64,000 nt of DNA from an uncultured Actinomycetes bacterium (GTDB lineage: Bacteria; Actinomycetota; Thermoleophilia; RBG-16-64-13): NCBI GenBank assembly GCA_963706025.1, contig CAVPLM010000005.1:1139650-1203649 (forward strand), given 5' to 3'. The position numbers were made by a program, and so were the translations under genes. This document shows, in pieces, positions 23,336-32,575 of this stretch; the first letter of the stretch is position 1; each line of letters begins with the position of its first letter. The notes under the pieces were generated by a model. That model was not told where the DNA came from. It saw only the letters and a list, made by a program, of their open reading frames with translations, and did no database searches.

Positions 23336-24451
23336 TCAGCTCTTCGCGGCCAGGTACGCCCGGCCGAGCGCATCCGCGCCCTTTATGGCGTACATGGCGG
23401 TCTCGGGAGTCACGGGCATCGGCTCACAGTACATAGTGTCTCCGGGAGCACAGGCCGCCTTACCGACCTCCAGCAGTTTGCGGTCGAGCTCGGCTCCCTC
23501 ATCCTTCACGTTGAGCTGAGCAAGCGTCATGGGAAGGTCCACCGAGTGAAGGAAACCAAGCACCTCGTCGATCTGCGTCTTGGCCCGGTTTTCCAGCACC
23601 TGCATCGCCAGCACGGAGAAGGCGACCTTCTCACCGTGCGAGAGCGAGTGGGTCTCCTCGAGGACGGTGAAACCGTTATGAATGGCATGAGCAGCGGCCA
23701 GGCCGGTGCTCTCGAAGCCCAGTGCGCCCATCAGCAGGACGGCCTCGACGACCTTCTCGTACACCGGGGTCGCCGCTTGGACTTCGGCCGCCCGCATCGC
23801 GTCCAGGCCATAGGTGATCAGGGTCTCGTAGCATAGCTTGGCGATGGCTAGAGCCGTCGCTGAGGCCGTACCTCCAGCGAAGTTGGGTTTCCCCGTGAGC
23901 GCGCACGTCTCACCCTCGATCCACCCGGCCAGGCAATCTCCCATCCCCATCCTCAGCATGTGCGCCGGGTTCTTGATAAGGATGCTCGTGTCGGCCACAA
24001 CGAGATCGGGGTTTCGCGGGAGGAACACGTACTCTTCGAACACGCCCCCCGAACTGTAGACGACCGTGACCGCGCTACAGGCGGCGTTGGTGGCCACAGT
24101 GGTAGGAACGTTGATCCAACGCGCTCCCACATCGCGACCAACCACTTTGACCGTGTCAAGCGCTTTGCCGCCACCGGCGCCGATCACTACGTTCGCCTCG
24201 GCCGCCTTCGCGAGACCCGTCAGCCGACGGATCTCCTCCCAGGACGACTCGCCGCGGAAGAGCTCTACGCTGACCTTGACTCCAGCCGCCTCGAGGCTGC
24301 CGACCAAGGGCTCCTGGACTGCCTGAAGGGCTGTCTTGCCACCGATGATCAGCGCCCGCTGACCCATCTGGGCCGCGTACTTGCCTACCTCGGCCACCGC
24401 TCCAGGGCCCTGAACGTACTTGCTCGGGCTGATCAGTGTCTTCATCAACAT
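23336..24451 (-). CDS. gldA: Glycerol/1,2-diol dehydrogenase
   Basis: SPSKYVQG, GGGKALD, PTT, GFESTGLAAAHAIHNG and HGEKVAF motifs. Confidence 0.92.
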   Translation of the reverse strand: MLMKTLISPSKYVQGPGAVAEVGKYAAQMGQRALIIGGKTALQAVQEPLVGSLEAAGVKVSVELFRGESSWEEIRRLTGLAKAAEANVVIGAGGGKALDTVKVVGRDVGARWINVPTTVATNAACSAVTVVYSSGGVFEEYVFLPRNPDLVVADTSILIKNPAHMLRMGMGDCLAGWIEGETCALTGKPNFAGGTASATALAIAKLCYETLITYGLDAMRAAEVQAATPVYEKVVEAVLLMGALGFESTGLAAAHAIHNGFTVLEETHSLSHGEKVAFSVLAMQVLENRAKTQIDEVLGFLHSVDLPMTLAQLNVKDEGAELDRKLLEVGKAACAPGDTMYCEPMPVTPETAMYAIKGADALGRAYLAAKS

Positions 24452-24509
24452 TGCCGATACCTCACATAGCCCTAGACGTCACTCGAAACGGTGGCGTCTC
24501 GAGCCCTCG

Positions 24510-25835
24510 CTAGAGCGATTTCTCGTTCTCGGCTATGGATTCCTCGAGGATATCCAGAGCTTTGTCGGCTTCCTCATCGGTCAAGACCAGAGGCGGCTTG
24601 AGCTTGATGATATTGCCGTTGCCGCGCGCGCCGTTGGTGCCGAACAGTGCCCCCTTGCCGAGAGCCAGACCGAATATGTTCCCGGCCCCCGCATACCACG
24701 GCTCCTTGGTGGCCTTGTCCTTGACGATCTCGACGCCGATGAACAGACCCATAGACCGGACATCGCCTATGGACTTGTACTTGGGCATCATCTCGTTCAG
24801 CCGCTTGGACAACCGTTCACCCTGCCGCGCCGCTTTTTCGGGTAGCTTCTCCTCGTTGATGACGTCGATGGTCGCGATCCCGGCCGCGCAGGAGATCGGG
24901 CTCCCGCCGAAGGTGAAGATGTGCCACTGGTCGTCGATGATGTTCTCGGGGAGGAGGCCTTCCCTGATCACGGTGGCTGCGATGGGCATGCCGCCACCTA
25001 TGGCCTTGGACGTGGTGAAGATGTCGGGTTCAACGTCGAAGTACTCGGACGCCCACCACTTGCCGGAGCGTCCGACCCCGGTCTGAACCTCGTCCAAGAT
25101 GTAAAGGACGCCGAACTCGTCGCAGATCTCGCGTATGCGCTTGAAGTAGCGCTTGGGCGGGACCATGTGTCCGCCGTTACCAGGGACCGGCTCCTGTAGG
25201 AAGGCCGCCACGTTGCCGGCGGAGCCGTACTTGATGGCGTAGCGAAGCGCCTCGGCGCATTCGAGATTGCACTTGTCGGGCCCCGGCTGGCCGAAATAGC
25301 AGCGATAGCAGTAGGCGTTGGGGATCTGATGGAACCCGGGGAAGCGGGGCCAGGGGCCGACCCGGCTGTAGGATTGACCCAGCAACGACAGCTCGGCAAG
25401 CGTGCCGCCGTGGTACGAGAAATAGGTCGAGATCACTTCGTTCTTGCCGGTGGAGAGCATCGCCATCTTCAGGGCCACTTCGTTGGCCTCAGAACCGCCG
25501 CTGGAGATGTACATCTTGCAGTTGTTCTTCATCTTACCCGGGGCGACGGCGGCGAGTTTCTCCGCGAAGACGATCCGGACATCGTTGACGAAGGAAGTCA
25601 AGATGTGGAACGACCTGTCCGCCTGCTCCTTGACTGCCGCCACGACCTTGGGATGGCAGTGCCCGATCCCGACCACCCCGGCCGTCTGAGACAGCATGTC
25701 GATGTACTCTTTGCCGTCGCAATCCCAGAACTTGGAGCCCAGCCCCTTCACGACGTTGATGGGGATGTTGCCCCAGCCGTGGGTCAGGTACTTGCTGTCA
25801 CGTTTACAAGCGTCTTGCGTTGACATCTCTGGCAT
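24510..25835 (-). CDS. Class III PLP aminotransferase
   Basis: GHCHP, SGGSEANE, YHG, DEVQTG, TSKAIGGG (PLP Lys) and TFGG. ATG follows AGGAG. Confidence 0.93.
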   Translation of the reverse strand: MPEMSTQDACKRDSKYLTHGWGNIPINVVKGLGSKFWDCDGKEYIDMLSQTAGVVGIGHCHPKVVAAVKEQADRSFHILTSFVNDVRIVFAEKLAAVAPGKMKNNCKMYISSGGSEANEVALKMAMLSTGKNEVISTYFSYHGGTLAELSLLGQSYSRVGPWPRFPGFHQIPNAYCYRCYFGQPGPDKCNLECAEALRYAIKYGSAGNVAAFLQEPVPGNGGHMVPPKRYFKRIREICDEFGVLYILDEVQTGVGRSGKWWASEYFDVEPDIFTTSKAIGGGMPIAATVIREGLLPENIIDDQWHIFTFGGSPISCAAGIATIDVINEEKLPEKAARQGERLSKRLNEMMPKYKSIGDVRSMGLFIGVEIVKDKATKEPWYAGAGNIFGLALGKGALFGTNGARGNGNIIKLKPPLVLTDEEADKALDILEESIAENEKSL

Positions 25836-26082
25836 CGGATAACTCCTATCGCTCGAGGTCAGCAGGTCCATGATGGCCGCGGTCACCCGGGATGCGTCGG
25901 GCACATACGGCCTCCGCGAACGAACTGCCCCACCCACAGTGAGGCATTCACCCGCAGAATACCATCGGGACTCCGAGTTGTAAGTCGGGGTTTATCATAG
26001 TTCAATCCCCGCAATAAGCTATAATGGCCCGGGGAGACAGGTCGCGGGCTGAAGGATCCGATGCGACAGGGACGGAGGAAGT

Positions 26083-27678
26083 GTGCGCGCAGTGGCGGAC
26101 ACTGCACAGATTCGACAGGCTCTGACGACAGTGCTGGGGTGGCGGAGCGCTCCTGCGCTCGCCGTCAGCCACGACGCAGTTGTGGTGAAATCAAGCCGAC
26201 CCGGCGTTGACGCGGCAGAACTTGGAGCAGACTCCCTAATGTCTCGAGCGTTCGAATTCGGCGGCATGTCTCTCCGGCTGGTCACCGACTCCCTCGTCGG
26301 TAATGAGCCGATGAAAGAGATACCAACGATCGTTATCGATACGATGCTCAGGAGTATTGTCCAAGCGCATTTCGCCGTGTGGTACGTGTGGCATGTTCCC
26401 ACGGGGACGATAATCGTCCCGGGCATGCAGGAGTTGCTGGACATACCAAACCGCGACGTGCCCACGATCGTCGAAGAGTGGTTCGCGCGCGTGCATCCCC
26501 AGGACCTCGCCAGGATGGTCGCCGAGAACGACGAAGCACTTCGTGCCAATTCCGCCTTTCGAAGCGAGTATCGACTGCGCCGCAGCAGCGGCAGCTACAT
26601 CTCGGTCAGCGATTGGGGAATCGTCATTGCCGGAGATGATGGGAACGCAGAGTGGATGGCTGGAGGGCTGCGTGATATCACCGTTGAGAAAAGCCTCGCC
26701 CAAGCCCGCGAGGAGTCGGCCGGGCTTCGCGAGGGGCTATTCCAGAAGGCTCTCATGCCCGCTTTCTTGATAGACGGGAGCGGCTTGGTGGTCGACGCCA
26801 GCCAGTCCGCAACGAGTCTCTTCCGCGCGCCACGCGACATGCTCTTGGGGCAACCTGCCACCGCACTCTTCCCTGAAGACCTGATCTGGAGAACAAGGGG
26901 CCCGGGTGTTTCCGAAACGGCCAAGGGGGATGTCCCACAGGCTCGCGAGATCGAGGTGGAGATCGGGGGCACCCGTAAGTGGCTCCTTTCTACGGTGGTG
27001 CCGTTCGTCGTCGGAAACGAGCAGATGGCGTTCGTGCTCGGTGTCGATGTGACCGAGCGCAAGCGTGTCGTCAAGGCCCTCGCCGAGTCCGAGGCCGCCC
27101 TTAGAGAGAAGACACGCGAACTTGAGAGGCACAACGTGGCGCTCCAGGTCCTCATGGAGCAGAGACGCCGCGACCTCGAAGAGCGTGGACGGGTCCTGGC
27201 GGAGAACATCGAACGACTCGTGTTACCTACGTTGGACCGCCTTGGCGTCGCCTTCTCTGAGCATCCAGAGGCCTCTCTTCTCGAGGTCGTGAAACAGACT
27301 CTCAACGAAATCGCGAGCCCGCTGCTGGGGACTACTGGTTCTCGGCTGGCCCAGTCGCACGGTCTCACCCGGCGAGAGCACGAGGTTCTACAGCTCGTTA
27401 GGGTTGGCAAGACAACGTCGGAAATCGCCCGTGTCCTGCACTTGTCGCCTGCCACCGTGACCTTCCATCGTGGCAACATTCGGCAGAAGCTCGGACTTCA
27501 TGGAACGGGCGCCAGTCTGTCCCAAGTTACGGTCAGCACCGTGACCGTTCCGGCGGAGACGACCTCACGGGCGGATGTCCTCACCCGGCCAGAGAGCGCC
27601 CTCGAACCGGATGTAGTTGCGCTGCTCAGGCTCGTCGACCAAGAGGGCAGCAACGACATGCCGCCCGTAGAGCCGTAG
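26083..27678 (+). CDS. PAS-PAS-LuxR transcriptional regulator (start uncertain)
   Basis: VHPQD...EYRL PAS/PAC, DVTERKR, LTRREHEVLQLV...EIA..L..S..TV.FHRGNIRQKLG. TATAAT at 26020-26025. Confidence 0.88.
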   Translation: MRAVADTAQIRQALTTVLGWRSAPALAVSHDAVVVKSSRPGVDAAELGADSLMSRAFEFGGMSLRLVTDSLVGNEPMKEIPTIVIDTMLRSIVQAHFAVWYVWHVPTGTIIVPGMQELLDIPNRDVPTIVEEWFARVHPQDLARMVAENDEALRANSAFRSEYRLRRSSGSYISVSDWGIVIAGDDGNAEWMAGGLRDITVEKSLAQAREESAGLREGLFQKALMPAFLIDGSGLVVDASQSATSLFRAPRDMLLGQPATALFPEDLIWRTRGPGVSETAKGDVPQAREIEVEIGGTRKWLLSTVVPFVVGNEQMAFVLGVDVTERKRVVKALAESEAALREKTRELERHNVALQVLMEQRRRDLEERGRVLAENIERLVLPTLDRLGVAFSEHPEASLLEVVKQTLNEIASPLLGTTGSRLAQSHGLTRREHEVLQLVRVGKTTSEIARVLHLSPATVTFHRGNIRQKLGLHGTGASLSQVTVSTVTVPAETTSRADVLTRPESALEPDVVALLRLVDQEGSNDMPPVEP

Positions 27679-27703
27679 CTTCAAGACTAGACTCGAACGT
27701 ACT

Positions 27704-28492
27704 CTACATCAGGTGCTCGGCGCGCTCCACCTCTTCGACGTCGTTGTACCACTTCTTCTTGGTGCCCACCCTGGCCCTGAGCTTCCAGCCGACCGACTTC
27801 GGCTCCTTCTCGATCATGTCGAGCAACTCGCTGATGCGGCCGGAGATGATTTCACGGTCGTCTGGAGACAAGACCTCGTAGTTTCCCAGGTGTGATTTCA
27901 CCTTGTTCAGATTGGTCGTGGACGTGTGGTAGAAGCCCCAGTCCTTGCACAAGATCCAGCTTAGGTACGCGCCGTTGATGACCTCGTTGTCATGGTTACC
28001 GATCTCATGCTCCCGAAGCAGCATCATCAGATCTATGACGTCCTTTTCATTGATATGGACGATCTGCAGCTTCTCCAGCATCAGATCCGCCAAGCTGAGG
28101 GTCAGCTTGTCGATCTCCAGACGCCCCTTCTCCCAACTCACGACGTGGCACATGTTCAGCTTGTCGAAGAAGACGTCGATGTGAGGTCGCGCGTCCCCGG
28201 GGTCGTCGTAAATCTTCCGGCCCATCATGAGACCGGGCGTCAGGGCCGCCTGCTGCGACACGAACCCCAGGTCATTCACGAAGAACTTGTCTATCGCCTT
28301 CTCCTGCTTGTAGTAGGCGGCGAAATCGAGGTCCGTCAGGACCCGATGCATCGAGATCTGGAGGTGCTGATAGAGAGGGCAGTGAACGCGAAACGCCATG
28401 GCCCCCAGCAACCGAAGGTGAATACCCTTCTCCTCGGCTGAAGCGATGATGTCCAGCGCGAGTCTTTCGCACTCCTCGTATTCTAGTGCCAT
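27704..28492 (-). CDS. Hypothetical protein with nucleotidyltransferase-like motifs
   Basis: RLLGAMA, TDLDF and IDVF (third acidic residue), plus LEKL..D..D, resembling a Pol-beta-superfamily NTase. Confidence 0.6.
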   Translation of the reverse strand: MALEYEECERLALDIIASAEEKGIHLRLLGAMAFRVHCPLYQHLQISMHRVLTDLDFAAYYKQEKAIDKFFVNDLGFVSQQAALTPGLMMGRKIYDDPGDARPHIDVFFDKLNMCHVVSWEKGRLEIDKLTLSLADLMLEKLQIVHINEKDVIDLMMLLREHEIGNHDNEVINGAYLSWILCKDWGFYHTSTTNLNKVKSHLGNYEVLSPDDREIISGRISELLDMIEKEPKSVGWKLRARVGTKKKWYNDVEEVERAEHLM

Positions 28493-28521
28493 ATCCTTCG
28501 CATTCCCCCTCTACCTTAGAA

Positions 28522-28679
28522 CTCGTTTCGGAATGAAGTCTTGGCCGCCTCATTCCGCGCTGGGCGGAGCGATCCATCGTCCTCAGTCGCGCCCGTAGCG
28601 CTGCTACGACCTCTCCCTGCGTCCTCGCCTCACTCGCGCCGATCGCACCCTGTCGGCAAAGACTTCATTCCGAAACGAG
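28522..28679. mobile_element. MITE-like element with 21-bp perfect terminal inverted repeats
   Basis: CTCGTTTCGGAATGAAGTCTT (28522-28542) / AAGACTTCATTCCGAAACGAG (28659-28679); internal CGTAGCgctGCTACG inverted repeat; non-coding. Confidence 0.65.
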
Positions 28680-28743
28680 CTTTTGTGGACCTAACCCGAA
28701 TTCAGATTGGTGATCACTATTCGCCGCGCGAGACAAGCACATC

Positions 28744-29700
28744 TTATCCAGAGGTGAAGGTCACGCTTTTGATGCCTTTCTTTTCGATATCCACTATGAC
28801 GCCTCTCAACACCCCTTCACCATATTCACTGCCTGGATTGAGGCACACTGTGCGCCCCAGCTTCTGTGTCCCTCTGCTCTCGTGTATGTGACCGTGCAAC
28901 CCCAGTCGGGGCTGGTACTTGTCTATGGCCTGGCGGACGGCGCGGCTGCCAACCGGGACCATGTGCGGTTTACCGCCCAGCTCGAGGGTGGGCCGCATCT
29001 GGTCGTCTAGTTGCGGAGCTTGGTCCAGCACGGTGTCGCGGGGTGGACAGTGGAAGTTGAAGATGCAGTGCTCGAAATCCTTGACCTGGCCGGCCATCGA
29101 GTCGATTATGGCCTCGAGTTGCTCCTCCGGAACGTCCCGCGGGCATCGCCACGGCGTGATGTTGCCGTAGCCGGTACTGATCATCGTGTAGTACTCGTCG
29201 ATCTGAATAACCTTACCTTCGGGATTCGAAGCGTTGGTGCCGCCGTCGAAGAGCTCATCGATGTAGAACTCATCGTCGTTGCCGGGCTGGACGTAGCATC
29301 TGATATTGGTTCCCTCCAATCGTTCCTCGGCGAATTGGAGAGACTCCCTGATGCGCTCCTTCATTAGACGCGTGAAGATGGCGTCTTGAGCTGCGGAATC
29401 GCCGGCAAGTGCTTCCAGCTCCTCCGGGTCGGTCATATACGGGTAGTAGCCCATGTCGATGATGTTCCGCTTGAACGCCTCGAGCTGCTCTCCCTCCTTG
29501 ACCACGTGCTCGCGATCGAGGTGATTGATCTTGAACGACCCATCGGATTGTCGCACGAACGGGATGACCTTTTTGCCGGTGATGTCTCCCCCCAGAATGA
29601 TCACCTGGGCCTCGTAGAACTTACCGGCGTTGATGAACTTCCTGAAGCAGACGTTGGACCCGTGCGTGTCGGTGGCGAAAAAGACGCGCGTTACTCCCAT
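28744..29700 (-). CDS. Calcineurin-like metallophosphoesterase (Icc-related)
   Basis: TDTHG, GGDITG, PGNDD, HCPP and HGHIHE motifs. Confidence 0.9.
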   Translation of the reverse strand: MGVTRVFFATDTHGSNVCFRKFINAGKFYEAQVIILGGDITGKKVIPFVRQSDGSFKINHLDREHVVKEGEQLEAFKRNIIDMGYYPYMTDPEELEALAGDSAAQDAIFTRLMKERIRESLQFAEERLEGTNIRCYVQPGNDDEFYIDELFDGGTNASNPEGKVIQIDEYYTMISTGYGNITPWRCPRDVPEEQLEAIIDSMAGQVKDFEHCIFNFHCPPRDTVLDQAPQLDDQMRPTLELGGKPHMVPVGSRAVRQAIDKYQPRLGLHGHIHESRGTQKLGRTVCLNPGSEYGEGVLRGVIVDIEKKGIKSVTFTSG

Positions 29701-29717
29701 GCATGTCAACCTATTCC

Positions 29718-29748
29718 GGGCTGGGTCGGGGAGCTCCCGACCCAGCCC
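29718..29748. other. Intra-operon hairpin
   Basis: GGGCTGGGTCGGG-gagct-CCCGACCCAGCCC, 13-bp stem between the permease and phosphoesterase genes. Confidence 0.6.
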
Positions 29749-29794
29749 ATTTTGACTACCAATACCCTGAGACTCCAGTCACCGAAAGATTACC

Positions 29795-31423
29795 TCAGTC
29801 AGGCGGAATCGTCTTGAAGCGCTTGTCCATCGACACACCCTTGCTTTTCTGCCAGATCGTGGCGATGAAGTAGATGACGATGGGAAGCAGGATGAAGAAG
29901 AGCGCCGTATACAGGAGGTTCTTGGTGTTCATGGTAGGAGTCGTGCCCGTTAGGAACGTGGCGTAGACGGTGACCCCGGCCACGATAGCCCCTATGGTTC
30001 CGAGAATAGTGATGACTGGTATGCCGAGGAATCTCGACTGCACAAGAGCCGGGGACTTCTCGAAGATGTCCTTGCGAACGTACGGGAACACCATGGCGGC
30101 GATACCGAGGATAAACCAGCCGACCATCCAGATGGTCACCGTGTAGGTGATGTAGGCGTACCAGGTGGTGAAGGTCGACACGGTCAGTACCAGCCAGGCG
30201 ATAACGAAGGCCACAAGAACGCAGCGGTTCGGAGAGCCGTTTCGAGAGACCTTGTTCATCCACGCGGGCAGCAGGCCGTCAAAGGAGAAGGCAAACAGGT
30301 TCCGGACCGGACCGAAGGACAGCCCGAGGATACCACCCCAGGTGGCGACCATGAAGCCGATGGGGCCGGCGAGAGCTACCAGGAACCAGTTCTGGGTCAT
30401 CCACACGACCTGATAGCTGATGAGCGGGTATGTGCCGATAAGCGCGCTGGCCCCTCCCGCGCTCTCCAGGGTGGCCAGGGTCCGGATCGTGTCTTCGCCA
30501 AGGCCGTAGTTCGCCACCGAGGAGAAGACGATCCAGTACACGAAGAAGAGGGCCATAGACCCCAGTTGGGCGAGGGGCATGGCCACGTTGACCTTCTTGA
30601 TCTCGCCGGAGATGTTGGCGGCATAGGTGGACCCCAGAGTGCTCAGGTTCACGAAAGCGAGACCGGCCCAAACGGTGGCCGCGATGGCGAACGGCGGCAG
30701 GCCTCCCATATCGTTCAACGTGGCCGTCACATCGGACCACTTGAGGTTCTGGAGGGCCTCGAATCCGGCGATGGTTTGGGCTTCCCCCGCAGACAGAGCG
30801 ACCGCGATGAACGCGATCAACATAGCCCACTGGATGACGAGGACGACCCACATGGCCCTCATCACGTGCTTGGTGCCCATAGCCATGACGCCGAATGCTA
30901 TGGCAAGGACCCCTGAGGCCAGGAGCCATATCGCCCATCTGTTGTCTGGAGTCGTGATGCTGAGATACTGGCCCCATTTGATGAGAGTCTCGTTTTGCGT
31001 CGCCAGTCCCTCTGCCAGGAAGAAGTTGCCGAACCCCCAGTTCACGAGCCACTGGGAGAGCAGCCCCGACCAGTTGATGCCCACGATGGTGAGGGTCCAG
31101 GACGCGATAAAGCCCAAAAGCGGGTGCAGGATACGACTGACATAGATGTACTCGCCGCCGGACCTCGGCATGCTGAGCGACATGAACACGTAGACGGCGG
31201 CGATCGGGAAGAGCAGGAGGATGGTGAAGCTTGCCCAGAACCCGTTGGCACCGAGATAGAGCGTCTGTTGCTGAGTGTAGTAGAGGAACGCAAACGTCAT
31301 CGTCGGGCAGACAAAGGCGTAGACCAGAGCGCTCCACGGACTGACCGATCTCGTCAGGCCGGAGGCGCGCCGCACGAACAGTTCCCCTCCTGTTCCTTGT
31401 CCTTCCTTGCTTTCTGTTGCCAT
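29795..31423 (-). CDS. APC-superfamily amino acid/amine permease
   Basis: LFVRRASGLTR, MPRSGGEYIYVSR, SGEIK, FDGLLP and many TM segments; ends in IPPD. Confidence 0.9.
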   Translation of the reverse strand: MATESKEGQGTGGELFVRRASGLTRSVSPWSALVYAFVCPTMTFAFLYYTQQQTLYLGANGFWASFTILLLFPIAAVYVFMSLSMPRSGGEYIYVSRILHPLLGFIASWTLTIVGINWSGLLSQWLVNWGFGNFFLAEGLATQNETLIKWGQYLSITTPDNRWAIWLLASGVLAIAFGVMAMGTKHVMRAMWVVLVIQWAMLIAFIAVALSAGEAQTIAGFEALQNLKWSDVTATLNDMGGLPPFAIAATVWAGLAFVNLSTLGSTYAANISGEIKKVNVAMPLAQLGSMALFFVYWIVFSSVANYGLGEDTIRTLATLESAGGASALIGTYPLISYQVVWMTQNWFLVALAGPIGFMVATWGGILGLSFGPVRNLFAFSFDGLLPAWMNKVSRNGSPNRCVLVAFVIAWLVLTVSTFTTWYAYITYTVTIWMVGWFILGIAAMVFPYVRKDIFEKSPALVQSRFLGIPVITILGTIGAIVAGVTVYATFLTGTTPTMNTKNLLYTALFFILLPIVIYFIATIWQKSKGVSMDKRFKTIPPD

Positions 31424-31715
31424 AAATCCACCTCTCTTCAGACACCATTGCAGTCTAGAGGTCGACACAGTACCGGCCTTAGCCAAGGGACGATATGCAG
31501 GAGTTCTTGTCTGTCGTCAGCCTGTCGGCACCGGCGCCGGAACCGATAACTCAAACTTCCCCGTTCAACTGACCCGGGTCCGCCGCGGTAGGTAAGGCGA
31601 TCACAGACTACCCCCCTCCTGTCTCACCTCCCTTCCGTCCCCAATCCGGTTTCTGGGGCGCTCAGGAAACAGTCCCCTTCGTGATCTCAGGTCGGACCGC
31701 TCTGGAGCTAAAGCG

Positions 31716-31744
31716 ACTGTACACAACGGAACGCATCCCCGCAA
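31716..31744 (-). promoter_or_regulatory. Sigma70-like promoter for the permease operon
   Basis: Minus strand TTGCGG-17 bp-TACAGT with an extended TG. Confidence 0.45.
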
Positions 31745-31918
31745 GAGTTTTTTGCCTTGTCCTGCGGTGCAGTAACCGTGGAGTCTTCCCGGCTTTGGAG
31801 GCATGAGGGGGCCCCGCCATCCGGACACTCCGGTTGTTGTCCTCGCAGCGGTTCAAGCTGTACAGTGAAGCGCGCGACAAGCTGACGCGACAGTAAGACC
31901 TTGGGGAGAGATCGACTC

Positions 31919-32575
31919 ATGGGGTTGTTCCGGCGAACAAAGGAAGAAGACCGGAAGCAGACAGCGGTGCTGTTGGAGGATCAGCACCTCATGCACCGGA
32001 TAGACTCCTTCCGGTCAGGCGAGTGGCAGGGAGACAGGGACAAGCACCCCGACATCTGCCGTAGCTGCGGGTGGATCGAGCCGGGCTTTCGCTACTGTAG
32101 GCGTTGCGGGCAGGAGATAAGGCGTAAGGCCAAATACGGTGGCTTCTATGGTGGCTTCTGGTTCCAAGAGGTAACAGGCGAGGGAGACGGGCAAGAGGCA
32201 CTTGAGCGAGTGGTGGCCGAAGCGGAGCGGGAGGCGGACGGGGGTGTGCGTAAGTGGGTGAACGCCATTCTCGTCCCAGAACCCGATAACAGGGACGACA
32301 AGAACGCGGTCAAGGTCATTGTGCTTCACGGGGAAGATCTGGATCACGTGGGTCACATCCCCCGGGATGAAGCGCCCGACTTTCAGAAGGTATGCCTTCA
32401 GGTGTATGCGGCGCACCAGAGATTCGTCGCATGCAAGGGGTTGATCCAAGGCGGCTGCCAGCGCGAGCACGGCCTCACCGAGTCTTACGGGATCCGGCTG
32501 CTGCTGCCTCTCCCGCAGAACATGCTCAACGCGACGAACGCGGCACTGGTGCTACGACCGGAAGGGGTCGTCTGA
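31919..32575 (+). CDS. Zinc-ribbon plus HIRAN domain protein
   Basis: CRSCG...YCRRCG followed by LVPEPDNRDDKNAVKV...VGHIPR. Confidence 0.7.
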   Translation: MGLFRRTKEEDRKQTAVLLEDQHLMHRIDSFRSGEWQGDRDKHPDICRSCGWIEPGFRYCRRCGQEIRRKAKYGGFYGGFWFQEVTGEGDGQEALERVVAEAEREADGGVRKWVNAILVPEPDNRDDKNAVKVIVLHGEDLDHVGHIPRDEAPDFQKVCLQVYAAHQRFVACKGLIQGGCQREHGLTESYGIRLLLPLPQNMLNATNAALVLRPEGVV

